DNA from: Blastocystis sp. subtype 4
Lineage: Eukaryota
Direction of reading: 5' to 3'
Length of the DNA: 20,000 bases
Assembly (NCBI RefSeq): GCF_000743755.1
Contig: NW_014569526.1
Location: 51,172-71,171, forward strand
Part shown: piece after piece, positions 1-8,857 of the stretch
Layout of the letters: every line of letters begins with the position of its first letter
Numbering within the stretch: position 1 is the stretch's first letter
Made by a program: the position numbers and the translations under genes
Notes under the pieces: generated by a model
The model's database searches: none
Seen by the model: the letters and a program-made list of their open reading frames with translations, nothing else
What the model was told of the DNA's origin: nothing

Positions 1-1308
1 CCCGGAGTAGAGTGCACTACGACTGCTATTCGTTGCAGTGATTCCGGTGGTGTAGCATATGATGATGTGTGTACTAGCTTCTTCATGAAGTGTGATAATG
101 GAAAGTACACTTCTCCCATGCCTGTAGCTCCTGGTACTTACTGTCTGAACGGCGAATTGGTTCTTCCTTTCAACTGCACTGGAACGAATTGTGATTTCAC
201 TGGTATTCAGTGTACAGATGCTGCTGGAACTTACATGGATACTACGTGCACGAACTACTTCGTGGAGTGTAACAATGGTCATGTCACGAATCCCATGGTG
301 GTTCCTAATGGAGCGATGTGTCTTGCCGGAAGCATTGTTCTGTCATCTTCTTGCCCTGGTGCTCAGTGTTCCTACACTGGATACAGATGTGTGACTGCTG
401 ATGGTACTGTGGCTACCAATACTTGCACGAGTTACTTTGTGGAGTGTGTGGATGGAACACAGTCAAGACCTCAGGCTGTGGCTGCTGGTACTCGTTGCTA
501 TAACAATGAGTTTGTCTTGGAGAGCTTCTGCACATCGCCTCAGTGTTCGTTCACTGGTGTTCGTTGCACGGACTCCAGAGGAGTGGCTGTGACGGGTACT
601 TGCTCTGACTACTATGTGAGCTGTGAGAATGGTGTCCAGGTTGGACCTACTCATGTGTCATCTGATCAGAAATGTTTGAATGACGCTTTGGTCTCCTCTA
701 CAACTTGTACCCCTAAGGAATGCGATTTCACTGGATTCATCTGCTCGACTTCAGATGGTACATTGGCTGCTGATACTTGCACAAGCTACTTCGTGGAGTG
801 TGTTGATTACAAGTACTCTTCACCTATTGCCGTTGCTTCTGGTTCTCGCTGCTACAACCAGCAGATTGTCTCCGCTGAGGCTGCTCAGTGTGGTTCCTCT
901 ACTTCTTGCGACTTTGATGGTATTCTGTGTGCTGACAGCAATGGCAAGATCATTGCTAATCGATGCTCCAACTACTATGTGATGTGCTCTAATGGAGCCT
1001 ACACTAAGCCTCGTCTGACTGCTGATGGAACGAAGTGCTTCAACAATGAACAGGTCATCACCTCTGTATGTGATGGTATTGAGTGTTCTTTCTCGGGTAT
1101 CATTTGTGTTGATAATGTTGGCAGTTTCGTTATGAATACTTGCACTACCCAGTATGCAGAGTGTGAAAACAACTCTCAGGTCATCAAGGATGTTGCTACC
1201 GGAAAGGCATGCTACAATTCACAGATTATCTCAGACACAGATTCGACTTGCAGAGTTACGGTGGAGGTCCAGGAGAATAAGATGAAGGGAATTCGTGGAC
1301 GAAAGTAA
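1..1308 (+). CDS. Cysteine-rich tandem-repeat protein, 5'-partial (7 repeats of about 60 aa with 6 Cys each); probably extracellular
   Basis: Frame is open from base 1 (PGVECTTTAIRC...) to TAA 1306-1308 with no intron needed. Repeat consensus C-x-F-T-G-x-x-C...C-T-S-Y-F-V-E-C-x-x-G...P-x-x-V-A-x-G-T-x-C-x-N...C. TGTTTGTT follows at 1319-1326. Confidence 0.85.
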   Translation, partial: PGVECTTTAIRCSDSGGVAYDDVCTSFFMKCDNGKYTSPMPVAPGTYCLNGELVLPFNCTGTNCDFTGIQCTDAAGTYMDTTCTNYFVECNNGHVTNPMVVPNGAMCLAGSIVLSSSCPGAQCSYTGYRCVTADGTVATNTCTSYFVECVDGTQSRPQAVAAGTRCYNNEFVLESFCTSPQCSFTGVRCTDSRGVAVTGTCSDYYVSCENGVQVGPTHVSSDQKCLNDALVSSTTCTPKECDFTGFICSTSDGTLAADTCTSYFVECVDYKYSSPIAVASGSRCYNQQIVSAEAAQCGSSTSCDFDGILCADSNGKIIANRCSNYYVMCSNGAYTKPRLTADGTKCFNNEQVITSVCDGIECSFSGIICVDNVGSFVMNTCTTQYAECENNSQVIKDVATGKACYNSQIISDTDSTCRVTVEVQENKMKGIRGRK

Positions 1309-1318
1309 TTCAGTTGAG

Positions 1319-1326
1319 TGTTTGTT
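1319..1326 (+). terminator. Blastocystis-type polyadenylation motif TGTTTGTT (Cys-rich gene)
   Basis: Exact motif 10 nt after the TAA; predicted last templated base about 1314. Confidence 0.8.
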
Positions 1327-1350
1327 AGACAAATCATCATTTATAAATCC

Positions 1351-2527
1351 ATGGAAACCAATGCTGGAATCTTAGCTCTCATTGATAAAATGGTGAATGA
1401 AGCTACATCATCTGATGTAGAAACATTCTTCGTGTCAACGCGATTAAGGAATGATATTATTGTGATATTTAAAGGACTGAATCATATTTAGGAGCAGGTA
1501 AAAGAGCGAAAACTGAGTGTTATGTACTATAATAAGCTGTTGCAAAAGATGAAAGCAAAGAGCGCCGTTGTATGATTCAATAGTAAGGAATAATTTGGTA
1601 GACGCGTGACTTAGCTTTTCAAATCTTGATTCCAATCCTAATGCATTCTCCCAAAGTGCGTCATTTATTTGTTGGTGATTTGCATGCATGCTCTAGATCA
1701 TTTTCTGATTTCTAGGAGGTGACAGATTTGGTTTTTGGAGTTCGTAGTGAGTTACAAGGTCCGGAAGCCTCTATAGTTGATCTAAAAACGCGATATATGG
1801 AAGTGATTGAAATATTGTAGGTTTTATCAACAAGAATCTGAATTGCAGAGCAAACAAATATGGCCATATATATCCCCATTTTGGAATATGTCACTTGTAT
1901 ATTAAAGATCAGATCCGAAAGGAACGAAGGAGCGAAAAACGTATGCACGGAAAGGAAACTAGTCCTCCTCCACCCAAGAAGAAACGATCTATGGAAGTCC
2001 TTCATGAAGTGGTCAATGAGATTATTTGGGCACTTCTCAAGGAGATTGAGATTCTGGATACGGATATGGATGTTGTTGTTGAAATGGATGATCCATCAGC
2101 TCCTGGAATGATGTGTAATAGTGAGTAGTTAGCTAAGACGTAGCACTCGATGACATTCTTGATGGAGTTTGGACCGAGCTTCCACCACCACCGTCACAAT
2201 CAGTGCTTGAAAAACGAAGGAAACATGAAGAAGCGATGCACAAGGTGTATCTGGAGATGGAGCGGAATTATAATACATTATGTAACGAGTATGGATTCTG
2301 AATGGTGTTTTACATAGGTTGATCCCTACCCTGGAAAGGAACCAAAGTCTGTTGCTTTCACGAGGAACAGCCAAGTAGAACTTCACCACGCGATCATATC
2401 TAGAGCCCATTCAAATCTTGATAAAGTGGATGATCTATTAGATCGGTGTCGAATCACAATGAGACGCTGTAAACGTATCATCTACCGTTTTCATGAGCGA
2501 TATGGACGAAAAGAAGAATGGCTATGA
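1351..2527 (+). CDS. UVSSA: UVSSA-like protein (VHS-like N-terminus plus helical region), 321 aa, 8 exons
   Basis: Introns 1462-1491, 1570-1601, 1686-1715 (GC-AG), 1817-1848, 2115-2143, 2289-2317 and 2375-2403 give one frame from ATG1351 to TGA2527. Peptides KLLQKMKAKSAVTRDLAFQILIPILMHSPKVRHLFVGDLHEVTDLVFG and LANKYGHIYPHFGICHLYIK resemble the UVSSA segments recalled as [36 protein letters not shown] and WNEKFGEAYKKLALGYHFLR. Confidence 0.7.
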
Positions 2528-2531
2528 AGAT

Positions 2532-2547
2532 TGTTTCTTCAAAAACA
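2532..2547. terminator. Back-to-back variant poly(A) motifs TGTTTCTT (+) and TGTTTTTG (-)
   Basis: The + motif lies exactly 4 nt after the UVSSA-like TGA. The abutting CAAAAACA would serve the convergent gene. Both deviate from the consensus. Confidence 0.55.
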
Positions 2548-2597
2548 AGAAAAGATACTAAATACTGTTGCATTGCATATCGACGTCACAAAGGGAT

Positions 2598-2877
2598 TTA
2601 TTCTCCTAGAGCTCTCTTCCTAGCATTAACGAGGGCCATTGAATAACCTCCAGCCAGACCGAGTAAACCTGTAGTATACATCGTTGCTCTCTGAATAAAT
2701 CTTCCATTTCCTCTGCCTAGAAATGAGGATGAATCAAATCAATAGAGTACCGAAATACCATCCTAACGGAAGAGAGATGAGAGTCACAGCAGCCATAATG
2801 CCATAATCCTTTAGTGAGATGAAACGATGGATGGCAACTCGCTGAGGAAGAGCGTTTTGGGGAGCTTCGTACTGCAT
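2598..2877 (-). CDS. Complex I accessory subunit, NUXM / 20.9-21 kDa family-like (about 81 aa, 2 TM)
   Basis: ATG 2877, intron 2717-2750, TAA 2598-2600: MQYEAPQNALPQRVAIHRFISLKDYGIMAAVTLISLPLGWYFGRGNGRFIQRATMYTTGLLGLAGGYSMALVNARKRALGE. This matches the family pattern S-x-x-D-Y...TM...T-G-L-I-G-L-x-G-G-F-x-x-A-x-x-N-S-x-x-R-x-x-G. Confidence 0.75.
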
Positions 2878-2945
2878 AATTCCAAAGAAAACTGGACGAG
2901 AATCAGAGAAAAGAATTGGCAAAAAAGGGACTGATTTTCGAACTC

Positions 2946-2953
2946 AACAAACA
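2946..2953 (-). terminator. Polyadenylation motif TGTTTGTT (minus strand)
   Basis: AACAAACA on the + strand; implies a minus-strand transcript ending about 2958. Confidence 0.65.
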
Positions 2954-2958
2954 GAGCA

Positions 2959-3514
2959 TTATTCATCTTTAGTAAACTACTGTTTTCTATTAGCGAGCTA
3001 GTGATCTCATTTAGAGCTACTAAGGGTATATCATCTTCTTTGAGAGAAACTCGAGCTAGCTACATCTGTTCTTGGTTTAGGCATCTGATTCTTTGTCATT
3101 GCAATTGATCCTCTTAAGAAGCAAACACTGAACTCTTCACACATAGCTATTCAACTAGAAACGATGAGAATTGCCAATGGGAATGATTTGATCAGTTTGA
3201 AATGGATTGACACCCGAGACATTTGCAAGTGGTTCGTTGATTCGTGAACTCTTTGCAGCTGTAAAGAGCATTATAAGAGTATTTGACAGAAATAATAATA
3301 TTCAAAACCTATGGATCTATTGACTGTAACTCTTCATCAGAGTCACAAACTCTTGAAAAAAAACTTCTCCTTTACATAGGAATATGATAGATATGAAAAC
3401 ACTGAGTACTAAGACGAACTAGGGTCCGATTACTAACTCTTTCCAAGTACACTCCATTACGCAGGTTTCAACGTAGATTCCAACAATATTTATAGGATTT
3501 CTATCCAAATCCAT
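2959..3514 (-). CDS. Possible small multi-exon gene of unknown function (exon structure unresolved)
   Basis: ATG at 3514 (MDLDRNPINIVGIYVETCVME...), several candidate introns of about 30 nt, and a perfect 3' motif at 2946-2953. No family recognised. Confidence 0.35.
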
Positions 3515-3591
3515 CTTAATTCACATTCGATCAACACGGATTGGCGAACCAATTTTTCGTGCATTTTGGGGTCATTGAATAGCTTTTCTTC

Positions 3592-4968
3592 ATGGGTTTG
3601 GAGGAGCTTATCTATCAGTTTATTAATAATATCGATGACAGGAGGAAGTGTGAGCTTCTTCTGGAGTCGTTCCGAAGTTCTCCATGGCTATATGGGGACT
3701 ACAGTCTAACAAAGCCACCAAATCTTATCAATTATCTTCTTATGCCTGAAAGGGAAGGTTTATTTCGCCGTCTCTTCCATGTTCACCAAAGGACATTAGA
3801 TGCCCTTGCGACCGAGATTGCTGCAACTAAGGCCTTCAAGTCATCATTTCTGAGTGAAGCGAGTCCTTATGAAGTGGAATTGTTTCTGTGCTCTGTGATT
3901 CTATATATGAATACGAGTTTTTCTGTTCGTAGTTGTTCGAAATTCTGTGATATTCCTTTATCGAGTGTTTACACCTTTATCTCCTTGTTTAACAAGATTA
4001 TGAACGAACTAAAGGACAAAGTGATCCGTTTTCCTGCGCTCAACAACCAGAATCTGCTGAAAGTCAATTATAAACGTTTCTTCCCTGGGGCAGTTGGTGT
4101 TGTTGGTAGTCGTTTCCTTCCTGTATGATTCTAGATTCCGTCTTTATCCCAGAAGTGACATCAGTTCAAGATAATTCTTCCTTTTCCAAAGAACATCGTT
4201 GTCACGGTGTGAAGATGCTTGTCGTTGTGGGTCGAGAAGGTCAATTCTTCAACATACATATCAGTGAGCATGGTAGTCAATCCAATTGTTCTCTTTTCAA
4301 TGATTCTGCTCTCGGTTACACACTTCGCTATCACAAGCGTTCTATATTGAATCGTAACATTTCAAATGAATTGTTTATCTAGGTGGGTCGTTTCTTTTAG
4401 CAGATCGATCATTCCCTGAACTTCCTTACCTTCAAATTCCATTTTCAACCAAAGAAATAAATAGTAGCAACCATGCTTCTTCTCTTTCCAATTATAACTA
4501 TTGGCATCACAAAGCTCGATTCATCTCAGAGAAGAGTATTCAACGTTGGCTATATCGTAGTCCAAAATGCCGACTTGGAGTACCTGTTTCATCTTCAAGG
4601 AACTGTGTTTCATTTGTAATCAGTTCCATTGTGTTACATCAGATGTGCGATATTTTGGAAGATGAATGGACAGATGATGATGATAAAATTCATTGTGAAA
4701 TAATAGCAACAGAGGATGGACGCGATGTCGATGGTGTTGATGAAGAGTGTTATCGGGTTTATGATGTTATTTCAGAACGGTCGATGGAGACAGATTACTA
4801 TGATCTCAAACATATGACAATTCCGAATCATGCTGGAGAAGAAGTCAGTGAATTGGTTGCTAATAGTATATATGAGAAACTAAAGCTTGTAGCAAGGAAA
4901 CGACGAGATTTTCTAGTAGATCTTGTGTACCTTTTTCCTAATCGTTCTGTTGTGTTCTTGGAAGAATA
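3592..4968 (+). CDS. Harbinger/PIF transposase-derived DDE nuclease (HARBI1-like, DDE_Tnp_4), probably domesticated; stop predicted as TA + poly(A)
   Basis: Introns 4106-4134 and 4354-4382 (29 nt each). Motifs FRRLFHV, FPGAVGVVDSVFIP, HGSQSN, FLLADRSFP, YNYWHHKARFISEKSI and IVLHQMC parallel the HARBI1 motifs GAIDCTHI, PGSxHD, LGDSGYP, YNxxHxxxRxxIERAF and CVLHN. In-frame TA at 4967-4968 lies 4 nt before TGTTTGTT. Confidence 0.85.
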
Positions 4969-4972
4969 TTTC

Positions 4973-4988
4973 TGTTTGTTTATAAACA
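4973..4988. terminator. Bidirectional poly(A) element TGTTTGTT-TATAAACA
   Basis: + motif 4973-4980 abuts the - motif TGTTTATA (4988-4981); contains the perfect palindrome TGTTTATAAACA. Confidence 0.75.
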
Positions 4989-4992
4989 TGGA

Positions 4993-7900
4993 TAGGAATG
5001 ATGAAATGCGGTATTGAGTAGGATCCGCCTCCACTTAGGAATGTCCATACTAAAAGTATCTCGTGCCATTGCATCCAGTGCTCGATATGAAGGTTGCGAC
5101 ATCTCCGTATATACAGACATCAACCTATCATGTTGTTCAGGATCACATTGGGCCTGGAGATACATGAAATAGTCTTCTAGACTCTTTTCGTATGTTAAAT
5201 ACACAGAAAGAAGAGGTCGAGAGAGATTCCATTGAACGCCAAGACGACCAAAGAGAATCGCATGGAAAAGTTCGAAAAACATTCTACAAGTAATGAAACA
5301 TCATTAGACCAACGGAGACCAGAAAGACTGTGGATCTCCGATGAGCGCTTGGATCTTTTGAAAGGAATCGAGATGACCCTTTCCATTAACATAGATGAAT
5401 GTAGCAAGTGTATCTACAGTAGATGAGGCATACTTCACAGTAATCTCATCTAACCATGAGAAGAATCATCATTACATACCATCACAAGACACACCACTGA
5501 CTAAAAGTCGAATGAAATATTGAAAGAGATCCTTTGGGAGAATAGATACAATCAGCATGTTTGATGTGAAGAGAGAACGCAAAAACAAGAAAACAGCATG
5601 ATTAAGTTTGGGAAATGTGATCAAATCACTGAATTCCAGCTTGCTCAGTACAATGGAAAGAGATGACAATAACTGAAGAATACAGGAATCTGAATAGTAG
5701 ATCATGGCTCCAAAAGGCACATAATTCCCTTCTAGAATCAATGATAAGCTTGAAAGAATAATTGTAAGACCTTTCATGATAATCATGGAATACACGGGAA
5801 TCTATGAATTACTGAACAAATGTGAACGGACTTGTTTTGGCCGAGAATCTCGTTCTGTTGCAACATGAGTGAGATAGGAATAAAAAATGGAAGTAATACT
5901 TCGGAAAAACAGAACTGAAGATGGAGATGATTCAATGTATGATACACGATCATTCCGATTGTTTCTACGTGTCAACTTGGAATTAGTGCTTACGATAACT
6001 CTTCAATAAATCGAAATACAGAAACACTCACATTCTCATCTTTCCATTTATCTGTCATGTAGGAGGTGATCACATCATATACAATAGGACTGCTAGAAGA
6101 ATGAGATAAAGTGATAAAACATACATAAGATCGTATACTGTAATATACTGTTGTGATTTGGTACAGGAACGAAGAATGCCAGTGATCTCTCTAAGACAGA
6201 GGCAAAATGCTTCATCATTGATCGGTTGATCCTGTTGCAACTGGTGTAACTGGCTGATTAGAGGCAAACAGAACTGTTCAAGATCCCCTGGTGGTGCATG
6301 CACAAGCATCAACTCCGTTATAGCTCCATAGAAGGATGACAGAAGTCTTCCGGCATGAGGTTGATACAACGCATAGAACTGCATTGTATGATGCTGAGTA
6401 ATGAGACGATGAGATGATTCTAAAGAGAGGAGGACCTTTTGTGTGTGTGGGTTGTGGCATAGAGTGGAGAAGAGTTGAATAATTTGAGTAGTGATAGGAA
6501 TTGTAATAGATTGAAATGAGAGAAACGAAATCAAGACATTTAGTACAAACTGAATGATGTTTGCTGGAGTACCAAATTGAATCAATTGAAAATACTCAGA
6601 ATACGCTTGAACACGATGTGAAGCCAGTTCTAATCCTTCTGATGATGATTGTGTGATAGTGCGTAACTTATAGTCCGCACATCTACAATGAAAGAGAGAA
6701 GAAGATCTTACACAGAAATGAGAGCACTTAAATATTCAATGAGAGATCGAGTAAGATGAGGAATGAATGGAAAAACAGATAACTAGTTTAAATAAGAATA
6801 TAAGAGGAATACAAAAGAGTACTGTTGTAGAAGAGAAAGTAGGTGAAAGACAGATGAAGTGAATGAACCATCAATACGATGTGTTCCTGCAAGGACTTGA
6901 ACCTCATTGAACTGTTGTTTCCGAAGTGTGATAGCCATGAGCAATACACACCATCCAATACTTACTAGAGATGATAATGATCCAATACAAATCACAATCA
7001 CATTCAGTCATCTGTTTGGATTCTTCATTTGATAAAGATTCCTCATGTCTTTCATTCCACTGGTGTTGAATTCGATCCAACAGAGTTCGTAAGGAAAGAC
7101 TGTATCTTTCAAATACATTCATGATCAAGTCAAACACGTATTGATAGTCAAATGTTAACAGAATACTCAACTTCTCTTCATGCTTCATAATCAATTCAAT
7201 ATTGCTAAGAGGAGATGACTCTTCATCATTCATAAATGTACCCAGATTATCAACCATTGTCATAACATATGCTCGACAAACAGATTTCATACAATCATGA
7301 AGAGTGTCTTTTGGTATGAAAGTATAGATTGGAGCTGAGGTAAAGCGAAGAGCATCCACAATCCGTGACCAAAGGATCAGAATATATGGGAAATCTCCGA
7401 AATAACCGCGGGTTGTGATTGTATCCACAGCAAACTGTGTAACAGCTTGAAAGAAGACGTGAAAATCCTTAAACTTCACCATTTCTCCAAACTGAATATT
7501 TATCTTAAACTTGGCCAAAGCCTGAGCAATATTCGAATGACAAACATCGTTCTGAAGGATGGATTGATTTGAAAGGATGATGAGAAAGCAATGCTGCATG
7601 ACTTCATAGTACGATAGTGTAGCTTCAACAGAAACAAATAAGGATCGTCGAATTGCTGTGAAGAGTAAAAGAGTCTCAGATGCTAATGGAGCGAGAACAT
7701 CATTTTGGACTCTACAAATGAAACAATGTTAGTCGAACGACAGTGCGAGGAGTTGATAGAGAATGAACACTTGGCAGATAGTATCGCTCCATTCACTAGG
7801 GAGTTGAATCAACTCAATTTCTTCGTTTGCTCCGTCAGATTGACATCCTGAGTAATCAAACGACATGATCGCATTGATTAGATGGAGAGAGGAGGCAGAG

Positions 7901-8631
7901 AGACAGATCAATTCTGGAGTGAGTGTAATCGATTCTCCTGGAGGTGGTGGTGGAGGAAGATATGAGAGAGCTTGTTTCATAAGAGGAAGATTAATGATAT
8001 CACGGAATATGGCACATGAGGATCGATGAAGTGTCTTTGTTTCTAGAGCTAGATATAACAGAAGAATACAACGAATACAGGGCAGATACTGGTTCATTTG
8101 AGTGACGATTTCAGTCATTATATCCAAGCCCACCTTTTGAGCAAAAAGAGATGAATTGAAAAATGGAGACATAGTGGAAAGGTATTTGCGGTATCGCATA
8201 TCCTTTGAGAACGACACTTTGAAGATTCGAGCAATCAAACTCGATGCAGACATGATGACATTCGTATGGGTATTCGGGTTTTGTAGCAGAAATTGGAGCA
8301 CTGCTTCTTCTATCCATTGCACCTATCATCAATTCCTACGTATCGAATACAGATCCAAAAAGTACTGACCATCTGGAGTTCCTACAATATTCTTGACACA
8401 AGTGAACACACCAAACAAAACGTTCGGAGCAACTTGTTGATGGAGAATTCGTCTACAATCACAAACGAATAGAATGAAATACAAAAAGCAATCAGAGAAG
8501 AGAGGACTTTTGATGATCTCCTGAATTACGTGATCGGCTTCTTGTTTGGATTCATAACTTCCATTACCATAAAAGATAGTGAACTTCTCGACCAGTGTCT
8601 GAGTCAGTATCGCCACTTCACTCGAATCCAT
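4993..8631 (-). CDS. XPO7: Exportin-7 / RanBP16-17 family, many introns of about 30 nt; stop predicted as TA + poly(A)
   Basis: ATG 8631 (MDSSEVAILTQ). Motifs HRSSCAIFRD, MSFDYSGCQSDGANEEIELIQLPSEW, IRRSLF, NIAQALAKFKINIQFGEMVK, GNYVPFG, FPKLNHAVFLFL and QWNLSRPLL fit XPO7. In-frame TA at 4994-4993 lies 4 nt before TGTTTATA; if that motif is not used, the frame ends at TAA 4980-4982. Confidence 0.9.
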
Positions 8632-8857
8632 AGTAGAACTATGCAAAATCTCACTAGTGCATCAACTTCGTACATATCTGGGAATATATTCCCACTATTC
8701 ATCAGATATGAGAAACAGAAAGAAGGGAATACTGAAAAAGACGATAAAAGAGTATCCGATTCTCGTCAAGTGGTCCCAGTGGCGCAGAATGTGGTGCCCA
8801 ATACGCATGTTCTTGTTTTAACGACGTCTCTAAACCGTTTCCTCTCTGGTGATAGTG

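Noticed and set aside
1444..2410. Minus-strand ORFs 1444-1689, 1712-2005 and 2129-2410
   Set aside because: Antisense shadows of the spliced UVSSA-like gene.
3592..5017. Active Harbinger transposon, or frameshifted pseudogene
   Set aside because: The frame breaks are clean 29-nt GT-AG introns, no TIRs were seen by eye, and there is little room for element ends.
8770..8850. tRNA-like start (GGTCCCAGTGGCGCAG, A-box-like)
   Set aside because: No TTC T-arm/B-box or acceptor-stem complement found.
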